Shown here: positions 17,581 through 36,466 of the stretch, piece after piece | Numbering within the stretch: the first letter of the stretch is position 1 | How the letters are laid out: every line of letters starts with the position of its first letter | NCBI RefSeq assembly: GCF_009914755.1 | Contig: NC_060936.1 | Strand: one strand, 5' to 3' | Source of the DNA: the human T2T-CHM13v2.0 reference genome, Homo sapiens | Length of the DNA stretch: 64,000 nucleotides | Notes under the pieces: model-generated | The model's input: only the letters and a program-made list of their open reading frames with translations | Database searches by the model: none | What the model was told of the DNA's origin: nothing | Made by a program: the position numbers and the translations under genes

Positions 17581-18489
17581 TAATATCCGGAATCTACAAA
17601 GAACTTAAACAAATTTACAAGAAAAAAAAAAACAACCCCATCAAAAAGTGGGTGAAGGATGTGAACAGACACTTTTCAAAAGAAGATAATTTATGCAGCC
17701 AACAAACATATGAAAAAAAGCTCATCATCACTGGTCATTAGAGAAATGCAAATCAAAACCACAATGAGATACCATCTCATGCCAGTTAGAATGGCAATCA
17801 TTAAAAGTCAGGAAACAACAGGTGCTGGAGAGGATGTGGAGAAATAGGAACGCTTTTACACTGTTGGTGGGAGTGTAAATTAGTTCAACTTGTGGAAGAC
17901 AGTGTGGCAATTCCTCAAGGATCTAGAACCAGAAATACCATTTGACCCAGCAATTCCATTACTGGGTATATACCCACAGGATTACAAATCATTCTACTAT
18001 AAAGACACATGCACACATATGTTCATTGCAGCACTGTTCACAATAGCAAAGACTTGGAACCAACCCAAATGCTCATCAATGATAGACTGGATAAAGAAAA
18101 TGTGGCACATATACACCATGTAATACTATGCAGCCATAAAAAAGGATGAGTTCATGTCCTTTGCAGGGACATGAATGAAGCTGGAAACCATCATTCTCAG
18201 CAAACAAACACAAGAACAGAAAACCAAACACTGTATGTTCTCACTCATAAGTGGGAGCTGAACAATGAGAACACATGGACACAGGGAGGGGAACATCACA
18301 CACTGGGGCCTGTTGGGGTGTAGGGGACTAGGGGAGGGATAGCATTAGGAGAAATACCTAATGTAGATGACGGGTTGATGGGTACAGCAAACCACCATGG
18401 CACATGTATACCTATGTAACAAACCTGCACGTTCCACACATGTACCCCAGAACTTAAAGTATAATTTAAAAAAGAAAAGAAAAGAAAAG
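17581..18489 (+). mobile_element. L1PA 3' fragment (~0.9 kb) with 17-bp TSD
   Basis: ORF2 C-terminus (EIPFDPAIPLLGIYP), 3'UTR and A tail; TSD aaagaattacagcctgc at 17564-17580 and 18490-18506. Confidence 0.95.
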
Positions 18490-19271
18490 AAAGAATTACA
18501 GCCTGCAAGGTGGCTGGCCATCCCACAGGCTGGGAAATGTGCCTTAGGCCAAGACCAGAGACAGGCGCTTCAAAGAAGGAGGGGTTGGAGTAGAAGCTTT
18601 ATGCTGAACCATTGACTAAACACACATATTCAACAGGTCACACGAGGAGCTATGAATATTCATGAAGTTGGTCCTGAGGCATGCCTATTGAACAAACACA
18701 CATATAACATTCAACTCATGTTTACTTTGGGTGGAGACTTAACATTTAAATGTATATAATCAGGTTCTATATGTCAAAAGGTTATTTCAGGACATGAAGG
18801 CATTCAAGTGCACGGTCCCTGTAAACCAACCAGGACCAAGTTCATGGTCAGTGGTCTTCTTATCAGGAGATCACTGACTGAAATCAATCTCTTGTCCAGT
18901 CAGAGCTGCAGTGATGGCTGGTGGAACAGTGACCAGGGGTTAGTTAGTCAGCATCTGGTGGAGCTACTGATAGTTTTAATAATGCTTATCTGGAGGCTAG
19001 TGCTTGTATAGCTGCTAGAGAAAAAGAAAAAAGCTCTGTGGCAGTTAGAACATAGTCTGTTCTTTAAATGTAGTGGTGTCTGACTTCACCTTTGCCTGGC
19101 ATGGCCTAAGGTCTTGTTTATAATTTAATATCTTCTTGCCACAGTCTGTTCTGTCAGTCTTACGATCTCTATTTTAACATTAATGCTGGTCAGTTGTTTT
19201 GTTTAACCTCCAAAAAAGAGGGGACATAACAAGGCGTGTCTGACCGCCTGTCCCATCATGGCTGGCAACTT

Positions 19272-19574
19272 TGTTGGTTTGTTTGTTTGTTTGTTGAGAG
19301 GGGGTCTGGCTCTGTTGCCCAGTGGAGTGAGTGGCATGATTTCAGCTCACTACAACCTCTGTCTCCCAGGCTCAGGCTATCCTCCCACCTCAGCCTCTCG
19401 AGTAGCTAGGACCATAGGCATGTGCTAACACGCCCAACTAATTTTTGTGTTTTTTGTAGAGACGGGGTCTCACTTTGTTGCCTAGGCTGGTGTCGAACTC
19501 CTGAGCTCAAGCAATTCGCCTGCCACAGCCTCCTAAAGTGCTGGGATTATAGATGTGAGCCACTGAGCCTGGCC
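19272..19574 (-). mobile_element. AluJ inserted in LTR
   Basis: Alu dimer; TSD ctggcaact. Confidence 0.92.
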
Positions 19575-21159
19575 TGGCAACTCAGTTTTTAAGGTTTTTC
19601 TGGGGTCCCCTTGGCCAAAACAGTTCCACTCGGTGGGGGACTTATGATATTATTTTTAATTTACAACTTACATAGATTGGACTACATTCATCCCAGTAGT
19701 TCTACCTAATAGTGACACCAAAAGTCTGATCCTAGAGTCAGACTAGAATCAATTCGATGGGAATAATACGACTGGGGCACCTTCCAAAGTAGTTTCTCAG
19801 GTCTTTTGGCACCAGTATCTCTCTGAAAACTGTAAGACACTACGTAAGTGTGAAAGAAAATGCTAGAGCCAGTGTGGTGGAGTGGTTAAGAGCAGATTTA
19901 TCAGCCTCAGTTCAGATCCTGGTTCTGCCACTTCCCAGCTCCTTGAATGTGGGCCCATGGCTCAGCCTCTCTGTGCCTCACTTCCTTCATGGGCTGATTA
20001 TTCTCGGTGTGCCTTTAGGCCCTGTACTGAGCCCTCTGGGGACTGACACATCAAGCCTGTATCACCTGGACTGACCCCTTGACCTCAGGCTTTTGGTTGT
20101 TTCAGCCAATGGGAAACGGGAAGGAAACAGGAAAGAGAGAGCAGTCAGCGTTTCCCTCACTCCTCACCTGCCCACACACCACTGGGGCTCTGGCCACATC
20201 CCTCTAGACACAGACAGCTCCGCAGAGCTGCCCTTCCTACAGCAGCTCCTCATCAGGCTCCGGTTACACGAGGTCCTTGGCTTGCCCCTTCTGCCCAGGG
20301 CTGGGAACAGCTGCCCACTGCTGCTGGTTTCCTGGATGCCTCCCCATCCCTCATGGATTCACTTAAATCTACCTACTCATCTGTAAATAGTCCCTTCCTT
20401 AAATTCTCTTCAGAATTCCACCTGTGTGACCCCTGTCTCTTGCCTTGACAAACACACTGCCTGGAGCTGTACTGAGGATTAAATAAACTAATATGTATTA
20501 TAAAGCACTCAGAACAGCACAGCACACAGATTCAATGCTATCTGCAGATGAGCTGTTGTTATCAGTAAGGTTGCCCTGCCTGCCTTTCCTATCAGTACTG
20601 GAAGACACACCTCTGAGATTGCCAAAAATAGATAAAGGCCCTATTTCTAGAGAGCCTCGGATGTCCGGAGAGCCTCTACCAGCCTCCCTACCTAAGGGTA
20701 TCAGCACAGGCTTGGACAGGAAAGCTAGAGTGAAACTGGCTTCGATATAAATGGGAAAAGCCACCCCAGGCTGGGGCAAGGGAGGGGCAAAAGCAGGGCT
20801 CTCAACAAGCCCACAGCTGAAGGACTCAGTTCCTCTGGCAAGACTTGGGCTCCAGGAATTGAAAGGTGAGCAGTCTTTGGTTGATAGGATCTTTAGAGGG
20901 TATGGCAACGTGCAGAGGAGGATAAAATGTCCCAGACACACTTCCTTTACTTCACAACTTGGCCCAGGGCCAGCCTGGCTATTTCCCACGTTCTAAAGCC
21001 CAGGTGGACCTAAGTGTTTGGAACTAAAATGATCTTATCTAAAAAAGAGCCAGCTGGCAGAATTCACACACACATATTTAATTCTGATGAAAGCTGTTTC
21101 AGGCAGGAACCAAGACCATTCTTTATCAACAGGACCGAGGGCATATGCAGAGGATCAAG

Positions 21160-22200
<1,041 letters not shown>

Positions 22201-25200
22201 ATTAGCCTACTTCCAACAGAAGGCAGTTGTGAGAGTTTCAATGTTAAATAAAATAGAAAGCACCCCTAAGAATATGTGGGAGCTGTCATACTGAAAAATG
22301 CTGCCATGCTGGGGGGACGGTTGACTGGAAAGGAGCATAAGGAAATGTCTGGGGTAATGAAAATGTTAAATTTTTGTTTTGGATAGCAGTTACATGGCTG
22401 TGTGGAATTGTCAAAACTCACTAAATTGAACACTTAAGACCTGTGCACTTTATTGTGTGAAAATTGTACCTCAATTTTAAAAAGAAAAATAGCAGTTATG
22501 AATTCCACTCTAGATCTAAGATTTTATCTCCTCCAATGCTGTATGTGAAGCCTAGAAAACATCACTGATAATGTTCACTTAAAGAGATGCGGAGGCAGGT
22601 GCTGTGCATGCTTAAAGGCTGTCATTAAATATAATGTTTCTACTCAAAACTCATTCATTAGGAACCACTAAGGGCCATGGGGAGGTCTTAGTCATAAGCA
22701 TTTGTTTCATCAGCTCTATAGGAATAGTGAACCCAAGGCTTACCTTTATGGATTTTACTTAGGGTGTACATTTGTAACGGATGAGATAAGTGGGTAGGAT
22801 GGAGCCACACCCACCCAACCACCTATTATACATATTACACAAGGTTCATTAACAGTGGCTGTGGTCTTGCTATGGAGAAGTAGGGTGTGCATATCTGATG
22901 AGAAAAGATAAACATGTGAATGGATGAAAGAGCAAAAGGACAAACAAGCATTTGCTAAATGGCTATCATGCATCTCCTTGATGATTTAATTGAATTTAAT
23001 TCTCACAAAAATCTTGTGAAGTCAGGGTTATTATCACCACTTAACAAATGAGAAAGCCGGTACTTAGAAGGAGAAGCAAGGAGCCTCAGGTTCTACAGCC
23101 AAGTCACAGTAGAGAGAGAGGGACCTCCATATAATCTAGCGCATATCCTAAATAATTTCTATTTGTTACAAATAATATTTTTTCTTAAGATCTCCCATGT
23201 GTTATATTACAGCTTCTATATGCCATTTAGCACATATCAAAAGTTTTCGTCTTTGTTCCAAATGCCATCCCAGCCACTTCTCTTAGGGAATTAATCAATA
23301 ATTATGGGGTAGGACATACTTTTGAAGCATTAGTCACTGTTTTCCTGTAATATTTTCTCTGATCTCGTTCTTACCATCTTTCAAGTCTCTCAGATAGACT
23401 ATTCTGAGTTCCACTACCCCCAGGCAGTGTAAGTTAACAGAAAGTAGAGAAACAAATGAGATTCTTTTGACTTTTGAGTCTCCAAAACTCAAGTCCCCAT
23501 GGGGAATGGGAAAGATACAGGCGTACGTAAGATTTAGAAGCCTATTTGTTAAGCGAGAGAAAGAAATCTCATGCAAGATTACACAGAGATTTCCCAGCTG
23601 TGGGGGAAGGAAGGGGTTAGAAGTCAGGAGCACAGGGATGTGAAGGTGACCACTGAGAAGGGCCCTTCCCTTCCTCCCTCACCCATTCAAGTGTCAGATG
23701 AGAAGGGGGGATTACTCAAGCTTCAGACAGGTCTGTGGATTCCCAGATCAAAGAGATAAAGCAAGAATATCCCGGAAGAGAAATGATTTTGAGGTGCATC
23801 CAGAGATTAATATTGAGGGGGTGGGCCCCGTGGGAGCTGGAGTGTTGGGGGATTTTTTTGTGACTCTAGTGTTGGCCGTCACAGTGAATGCCCTAGACCG
23901 GAAAATGACCAGAGACCAGACTCAAACCCTATACCCCCATGTGCCACTTTTTGTCACTGGGACAAAAATTCTGCATCCTCCAGAAGTTAGGTGCAACCTG
24001 GGAAGGGTGGGGGACCTCCCCAAATTGACAGAGGTGCATTTCTGCTACATTGAAGGGATGGAGGCTCAAACAAAAATTAGATTGCGTTATAGGAAAATAA
24101 ACATAGATTTTTTATACAGTTACATATGTGACCTGGTGTTCATATCACTACAGTTGTACCTGCAGTAGACAGTCCTACTTCAGATAGAATAGTCCAAGGA
24201 AGGAACAGTATGTGAGGCTTACAAATGGAAATCCAGAGGAAAAAAGAAACTCATTACGGACAATATGTCCCTTTCGGTTTGTCCCCTGCTTTTAAAGCCA
24301 TCATATTCACTGAGGTCATCCTATTTGTAGAACCCCAAATTTACCTTTGATTGAAAATGCCTGCACCTTATTCCTGGTGAGTTAATGGGACTTCCCTGCT
24401 TATACTCTTCAGAGTCTCTGATCATAAACTTTCACCCTGGGATTTGTTTAGTTTGAAGCAGAAGTTTTTTCGATGAGCGTCATTTATTGGTTGAATCCTT
24501 TGCAAGAGTCCTCCTGTCCAACACAAGTTATAGTATGTGTATGGCTCTTCTCTGTGCAGCACACTCCACAGCAGCTCTTTCAGTCTTACTTAATAGTTTC
24601 CAGTTCCCCATATATCACCTCTGCAGGAATGACCCAGAGATGACCCTCGCCGAAGAGACAAAAACAAATTGACCACACAGCCAATTTCTTTGAGGAAATG
24701 TTGTCACTTGAACCACTAGAGACTCAGCGGCCTAACAACAGCTGTTGTTCCACCTCTTTGACTTATGTTGTCAGGCAAAAGGAGAAAGGGACCAAGGACA
24801 AGTTTTGCTGACACAAGCAGGGAAAACCAGTCTCAGAAATGGGGAGTGGATTGGGAGAGGAGTGTGAATAGCGCCAATTCCTAGAAGAAGAATTTCCTAT
24901 ACTATGAGTATAAGTGGAAGACAATTGCACGTAGGACAGACCAGGTTCCACCTCATCTACAATTGGCCAAGGACAGCTATCGCTGCAAGAAATATTATCA
25001 CCATGCCATAACATGGTCAGAGAAGTTGGGAACACCAAGGCCTAAAATTCCTCATGCAAACTCAAAATTATTTTGGCATGTTAAAGGATCAAAGAAGGTC
25101 TGCAACAAATAAACTGACACAACTTGGTTTAAGCCAGAGTTTCCAAGCTTTGAATACAAAACAGTTTCCTGCCTGCTTACTGCTGCCCAGCAAAACAAAT

Positions 25201-25560
25201 TTCACTGCACACCCATTTGGGAACTGCAGATACATACTTTTCCGCTTTCATCCTTCTTTTCTTAAATTTAGTAACTTTCTGATGTTTGGTTTCATTTTTT
25301 CATTTTTACCCTCATGTGTTTACTTCAATATAGTTCCTAAAGACTACAAATATTTTTCTAAAGTCAAGAGTTTTTTGGGGGTGTCTGAAAAGGGAATGAA
25401 GAGATGTGAAGAGAAGTTGAAGAGCTGAATTCAGTTCAGCAGAAGGCCCAAGAGAAAATAGGCCCAGGTGGAAGAATAGAAGACAGCTGATATGATCCCT
25501 GGGCCCAAAGGAGGGAAAGATAGAAGTGTGTGACTTGGGGAAAGGAGAGTCTTAGATGAT

Positions 25561-25853
25561 TTTCTTTTTTTATTTTTTGGTGATGGAGTCTTGCTTCGTC
25601 CCCCAGACTGGAATGCAGTGGTGCAATCCCAGCTCACTGCAACCTCCTGGGTTCAAGCAATTCTTGTGCCTCAGCTTCCCAAGTAGCTGGGACTGCAGGT
25701 ACCTGCCACCACACCCAGCTAGTTTTGTATTTTTAGTAGAGATGGGGTTTCACCTTGTTGGCCAGGCTGGTCTTGAGCTCCTGACCTCAGGTGATCTGCC
25801 CGCCTCGGCCTCCCAAAGTGCTGGGATTACAGGCATGAGCCACTGCACTGGCC
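25561..25853 (-). mobile_element. Alu
   Basis: TSD ttagatgattttct. Confidence 0.95.
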
Positions 25854-25907
25854 ATGTTAGATGATTTTCTAACTTAGGTTAAGGCAGTCAGGAGCAAATA
25901 CGTTGTA

Positions 25908-27966
<2,059 letters not shown>

Positions 27967-29762
27967 ATTTTTTTTTTTTTTTTTTGAGACAGAGTCTCAC
28001 TCTGCTGCTCAGGCTGAGTGCAGCAGTATGATCTCAGCTCACTGCAGCCTTTGTTTCCCAGGTTCAAGCGATTCTCCTGCCTCAGTCTCCCAAAAAAAAA
28101 AAAATGCAATCACCTGACTATAGTCAGCCAGGTCCCCCTTCTGGTGATTAGGAAAATTACTTCTGGATGAATCTGCTATGGTACTGATTATGCCCTAAGC
28201 AAAATGAATAAGGTAGGGCAAGTTAACCTTCTTTTCTGTTCTATCCCTCCTCCCTCCGGATGCCTAACTCACTCCCACCAATACTAACAGTCACTGGCGC
28301 TCAGGGTTCCCACACAGCATCCCACCCACAGACTATGTCCCAGGAGATGGCATTTCATTTTCCTGGAACGCATCAAAACACAGTCTTTAATGTCCCATTC
28401 ACTAAGACAACTTCTCTTTGTGACCTGTCAATGTGAGGCAAAGAGCCCAGTACTGAAAACTTAGCCCTCTAAAATAATGGAATGTTTTTAACTGAATCAA
28501 GATGTTTTTCTCAATAAGAGGGAATAAGTATAAACATTCCAGGTAGAACTAGTACTGACAAAGACATACTGCACAGAAGAATATCATTGAAGATATCAAA
28601 CAACTGAAATAAAATTTTCTTTTCACACCAAGCTGTCCTGGGAAGCCTTGTGTCTCCCATTATTCCCTACTTAAAATAGGCTTTCCACTCCCACACCCTC
28701 CCTCGCAGCTGCCTCTCAGAAGGGAGTGGTTGCCCAGATCTCCTGATGTGGAGAAAACAATCCCTGGCAAGTGGGCCAGATGGCCAGGGCCCAAGGGGAA
28801 GGATGCCAGCTGCAGCTTCTCCAGGCAAGGTGCAGAAGAAGGCTCAGGGCCTGGAGCCGGGCTCCCAATACATAAAATAGAGTCAGGTCAAAGCTCATTT
28901 CCTGGCCCAGTCACCATGGAGACAGTTGCTAAAATACTTAACTATCAAACTCCACTTTTGTGCCCAGAGCTCAAGCAAAGAAGCATAGAGAAGCACAGGT
29001 GCTGACAAGCAGGAACTACCAAACCGTGAAGTGTCTGTGGGCCAGGGTGCTGGCGCCGTGTGCCACTGACAGAGTCGAGCTTTATTTAACTCTTATTCCT
29101 GAGAAAACACCAACACATTCTGGTGCTCGTGCCATTCCTGTTCATTGACAAGCCTGTGTGTTGATGAACTTTTTGGTCCATTAATGTCTGATTCGCTTAC
29201 GTGGCTGCATTAGAAAAGGGATATGTTCAGAGCTCACAATGAAGATGTCAAATATTCTCTACATAAGGATTTTAATTTTAAAAATAAGACTTTCGTGGCC
29301 ATGAAAAAATACTAAAATTTGATTTCTTAGTTCCAAATGAAAAATGTTCTTTATTTCCTTTCCCTACTCTTTTCTATGTGTTCTGCATGCCAGCAAAATG
29401 TACCAATGTATCATTTATTAAACAACTTCTCTTGATATAATGTGTTTGAAAACCCTCTGAAAGGTTAAAAAAAAGTCAAATAATTATAATTTTCCAACAT
29501 CATTTCTTGCCACCCTCCCCCATCCTCCAAATCTCCTCTTTTATGTATGGCGGTTCATTTCCAGCATACCATATTATATGTGCTGTTATGATGTGTATTA
29601 TAATTTTGACTAAAAAGCTCAGTGGACAGCCAGTAATCCTTTCAGTAAAGTAGACACAGAGATGGTTTAGGTAGCAGCATCTACCACCCCTATCCTGGCA
29701 CTCGCCAAACTCTAACAGAATCGCCTCTTTTCTTGTCTACGTCCTCCACTAGAGGATTATGA

Positions 29763-30176
<414 letters not shown>

Positions 30177-30434
30177 AAGAAGTGTTTATAAAATTGTTGA
30201 AAAATCTGCTGTTTGTGGGAGCTTTTACTCAGGCATTCTAAACTGCTTACCGGTGTCTTTTTGGCCAGTATCGTGGATTGCCTACTTGAACAAGACTTGT
30301 AGGGGAAGCAGATGGTCTTGTCACTGGCCATGAGCTGCTTACCATATATTGAGAAGCCACATTCACCTAACTGCTTTCCGAGCGATCATGGAAGTTTCTA
30401 TTAGCAGCCTGCAGTACATCAGAGAAATGATAGC

Positions 30435-30840
30435 TTTTTTTTTTTTTTTTAACTTTAAGTTCTGGGATACACGTGCTGAACATGCAGGTTTGTTACACAG
30501 GTATACATATGCCATGGCAGTTTGTTTGTTGTACCTATCAACCCACCATCTAGGTTTTAAGCCCTGCATACATTAGGCAGTTGTCCTAATGCTCTCCCTC
30601 CCTTTTCCCCCCTACCCCCCAACAGGTCCCGGAGTGTGACGTTCCCCTCCCTGTGGCTATGTGTTCTCATTGTTCAACTCACTTATGAGTGAGAACATGC
30701 AGTGCTGGGTTTTCTGTTCCTGTGTTAGTTTGCTGCAGATGATGGTTTCCAGCTTCATCCATGTCCCTGCAAAGGACATCAACTCATCCTTTTTTATGGC
30801 TGCATAGTATTCCATGGTGTATATGTGCCACATTTTCTTT
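30435..30840 (-). mobile_element. L1PA 3' end fragment
   Basis: Poly-T followed by aactttaagttctgggatacac...; - strand peptide KKMWHIYTMEYYAAIKKDE. Confidence 0.92.
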
Positions 30841-31965
30841 AAAATGGTAGCATTTTTAAGCTGGAAGAAATCTTGGGTCAATGTGGGCTCCAGGCAGCAG
30901 AAGCAGAGCATGGAGTGTGCCTCATTTTGTTGGTTTGCTCCAGGAACTCTCACTACACCAGGCTTCATTGTCCCTAGAGTGGAAGAAAGAGGAAGATAGT
31001 CATTTGCCTTTTTCTGAGAACACAGCGTTTATCATCTTGCTATTGCCGTTGAGAGTAGTTTGCTCAAATGAATTTAAAAAGTAAACTATTTTTCAGAAAT
31101 GTTCTCAGAAAACAGTATCTGTACTGATCTCAAGACAACTGAGCAAGTCAAAAGAAAAAAGGTAAGGCAAGGAGAACTGTTTTCTCTGGGTGTTAGTACA
31201 GCACACCTGGCTACACCTATCAGTGGAGTTTACATTATCCTATCTAGTATCAAGTACTCACCACTCCCAGAGTGGATCTCTCACTTAACTCCATATAACT
31301 TGTTTATAAACAGTAAGTTACTAGGGGGAGTTTCATCCAAATCTCTTTCAAAACTCACATTTCACATTTCAGTGTCAATGATACAGATCTGGAGTAGTCA
31401 ATTCTGAAAGCCAGCAAATAATCAGGTTCCAGGTGCCCTGGCAGCCACAAAGACCTAAAGAAAATAGCTAGAACTACAGTCCCTCTACCTTGTAATAGAT
31501 TCTCCTCTGCTCTCTCTGCTAAACTGAATCCAAATTGGGAGGCTTTCTAGTCACTGGGTTCTTTGTGTCAAAAAAGAAACCCTATTGATAAAAATAATTG
31601 CATTCAAGTTGGAATTTTACCAGACTTTTCCATTTTCAGTAGTAATGCAGATTAGATACCCTAAATGACTTTCCCAATAGAAACAAATAAAACGCTGGAT
31701 AAAAGTATCTTTTTAAACTCTTGAGACAGCAGAAAGCAAGAATACTTAGCTCTCCAAACCCAGCAAAGGCAGGCACCTTAAGAGGTAAGCAAGCTTTGTC
31801 CTTGAGACTTCCTGAGTGACCTTGAAGACTGCATCCCTACTTAAATGGCTGCATGGTACACGGGGGACAAGAAACAAAGCCTAAGGTCCCCACAAAAGGG
31901 AAGAATCTAAACTGGGGTCCCAAAAGGCTACGTCATCAGTGTAAGAATAAAAGATATAATAATTC

Positions 31966-32205
<240 letters not shown>

Positions 32206-32530
32206 CAGTTTCCCTCTTGAAAGCCAAGCAAGCAAGGGTAGTTACTTCTGTTAATTCTCCTGCAATTGCCACCAGGAAGAATGGTTCAATTGACTCATGT
32301 TTCTGACACCTATAACCAATACCAGTGATTCTCAACAGGGTGTGGAGAAGAAGGAAGGAACTCCATAGAGGGAAGGACACCCTCTATGGAGACATACCAG
32401 AATCACTGGAGCAATTCTTTGAAACTATACATGCTCTCCATGCCTAAGTGCTGAGATTCTGGTAAAAAATCTCCCTTTATTCATTGAGAATCAATGCATA
32501 TGGAGCCACTGTTACAAAAGAACATGTGTT

Positions 32531-32913
<383 letters not shown>

Positions 32914-33579
32914 TCATGGATGGATATAAACTAGGTCTTGGAAAACACACAGGGTTTGGGTAGACAGAGGGGCTGGATGTCACTGCAGGTGGGATAATTG
33001 GTAGAAAGGCAGAAAAATAACATTGAGACATTCACTTTCCCCTGGAGCACAAGTTAATGTAGAGAGAGAAGTCTGGAAGATCAGAGTAGGGTTAAATTGT
33101 GGAATGTAAACTCCGTAAGAGCAGGGGCTTTGCCTGTCTTGTTCAGTCCTTTGTGCTCAGCACCTACAACTGTGTCTTGCCCATGATAGGCCCTCATGTG
33201 TGTTGAATGAATAAAGTTTGACCGTAAAGTTAAAAATGTAGGTCCTTATCTTCCAGCATGAAGACCATGGAGAATAAGTGATGACAGTAGGAGAGACGGG
33301 GGCAGGGTGGAGTAGGGGGAGAGTTCAAGCAAGAGATTAGGATGAAGCAATAGATTGGGAAAGCCAAGGTACAGAGAGAAGGCAAAAGCCAAGCACCAAC
33401 CTCCTGGGAATGTTTAGAGAGAGGATGGGATGGAAGAAAATCCAGCAAAGATAAGGAAGTGTTGTTCGGGAATACATACAGCAAACATAAAATATCACCC
33501 TATAATTTACAAACTCTCCCATATATGCAGCATTGGGTAAGACAGGCATTGTTTCTCCCATTTTGCACACTTCAGAGAT

Positions 33580-33608
33580 ATGATGATGATGATGATGATG
33601 ATGATGAT
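33580..33608. repeat. (GAT)n microsatellite
   Basis: About 9 GAT units. Confidence 0.9.
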
Positions 33609-33795
33609 ATAAAAGTAAGACAAAAATCAAGCTGGTCACAGAAACTAGGAGTCAAGAAATGGTAAGAATAAGGGTTAATCTGTCTGGGTCCAATCAGGAG
33701 ACAGAAACCACTCAGTAATTTGAACAGAAGAAGTTGAATATAAATTGCTAAACTAGGACAGAGGAGTAACTAAAAAAGATGGAAAGAGGACTGGT

Positions 33796-34150
33796 GGCTG
33801 GGCATAGTGGCTCACACCTATAATCCCAGCGTTTTGGGAGGCCAAGGTGGGAGAATCACTTGAGCCCAGGAGTTCAAGACCAGTCTGGGCAACATGGCAA
33901 GACCCTGTCTCTACAAAAATTAAAAAATTAGCCAAGTGTGGTGGCTGTGGTCCCAGCTACTCAAGAGGCTGTGGTCGGAGGATCTCTTGGGCCTGGGATC
34001 TCCTGGGCCAGCTACTCAGGAGGCTGAGGTGGGAGGATCTCTTGGGCCTGGGATGTGGAGGTTCCAGTGAGCCATGATCACAGTCACTGCATTCAACCCT
34101 GGGTGACAGAGTGAGACCCGGTGAAAGAGAAGAAAGGAAGAAAGAAAGAG

Positions 34151-34221
<71 letters not shown>

Positions 34222-34345
34222 AGGAAGGAAGGAAAGAAAGAACGAGAGAGGGAAGGAAGGGGAAAGAGAAAGAGAAAAAGGGAAAGGGAGAAAGAAAGAA
34301 AGAGAGAGAGAGAGAAAGAGAGAAAGAAAGGAAGGAAAGAAACTG
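33796..34345 (+). mobile_element. AluJ with internal duplication and long (GAAA)n/GA-rich tail
   Basis: ggaggatctcttgggcctgggat occurs twice; (GAAA)n at 34125-34345. Confidence 0.9.
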
Positions 34346-34383
34346 GAAAGCGTGTCTTAGGGGTAATAGAGAGTACCCAAGGA

Positions 34384-34750
<367 letters not shown>

Positions 34751-35116
34751 TTAGACTTCATTAGAGAAAGTATGGATGCAGCCCACTTTATGCAGAGAAG
34801 TCAGCTGGGCTGCCTGCGCCAGAGCTGGTCCACAGCCACCAGGCAGCAGGAAACAGCCCTCCAGGGCACAGATGAGCCAAGGCCGGTGGGCAGGTGCACA
34901 GAGAGAGTTGGGGTGTCACTGCCAACGTGAGGTCTGGAACATGCCAGTGTCCTTGTCAGGAGCGTCATGATGAAGTGGTTCACTAGGCCTGGGCTGGGCT
35001 GCATACAAATCACCAAGGGAGCGGAGTGGCTGCAGCGGAGTGCCACTGGATATACCGGTTCACACAACGTGGGCTGAAACCAAGAGCGCCTCTTTCCTCC
35101 CGCAGTGTCTCTTTAT

Positions 35117-35131
35117 CGCCCTCTGCTGGCA
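35117..35131 (-). promoter_or_regulatory. CTCF-binding motif
   Basis: The - strand reads TGCCAGCAGAGGGCG, a close match to the CTCF core CCASYAGRKGGC, in a locally CpG-richer unique stretch. Confidence 0.6.
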
Positions 35132-35697
35132 AGTCTGAAAATTGTGCTCACTACGAGGGACAAATGCTTTTAGCCTATTGATAGAGGATACAGGAGCTAA
35201 GAGGAAATAAATTGACAATTGAAACAAGTGGTTATTCGACATTTTCAAGGGTACCTGTGTATCGCTGAGCTTTTTCAGAGCAAGTAACAGAAATCAGCGA
35301 AGCTGGACTTGGTGGACTGAGAGAGGGCTAGGAAAGAGTGGACAGAGGAAATAAAGAGAGGTACTGACAGTAGTGATAGTCATCATTGTAGTAATAGTAG
35401 TAGTGATGGTGTAGGTTAACATGGCAACATCAGAGCAACCAGAGAGAAAGTGAGAGATTTTGTGCCCCAGCGTCTCCATATAAAATCACAGAAAACAGTA
35501 AAAGACTCTGGTGAGCTGAGCCCAGGTCTCCTACTCAAATGGGTCTTTTCCCCTAGCAAGAGATGCTGAGTATTATGATTGAGCAGGCCTGAATCATTTG
35601 CTTACTCCTTTGACCAAAGAGATGGGTGACTGATTGGCAGCTATCAGCTCATCATGAGGTAGGAGAGGGAAATTTTCCCAAAGAAAGGCTGTTACTA

Positions 35698-36055
<358 letters not shown>

Positions 36056-36466
36056 CTATCACAGGGTCACAGAGGAAAAATGGGAATAAGGCCAATGCTG
36101 AGAAGGCTTTTGTTTGTTGTTGTTTGTTTTACATTTTCAATGTACTATTACATTAATTAATTTGTCCTCTTAAGAGTCAATATTAAACTCCAAGTAGAGC
36201 TGGATACAGGAGCAGTGCAAGGCAGACACAAGGTCAAAATGCATCTATGGTTTCTCTTACTCGTTTCATAGTCACCACAGAGCAGTGATGTTGGCAGGTA
36301 GTAGGGGTTTTCATTTTAACTCTCCATTAGTTGATGCAAATGATATATGAAAACAAAAGAATTCTAAACTTTAAATATTGCTCCAAAGATAGATAAAATC
36401 TATTTCCTCCTCCCAAGAAGTGCTAATTAATTGAGCTCAAATGTTTTTGCTTTTGTTTTTAAACAG

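Larger units (their letters stand above)
17500..19665 (-). mobile_element. ERV1/MER4-group solo LTR interrupted by L1PA and Alu
   Basis: The - strand begins TGTAAATTAAAAATAA...CTTGGCCAAGGGGACCCCAGAAAAACCTTAAAAACTGAGTT, typical of MER4-group LTRs. Exact subfamily not assigned. Confidence 0.7.

Noticed and set aside
23698-24168. 156-aa ORF
   Set aside because: No recognisable domain or exon structure; likely a chance ORF.
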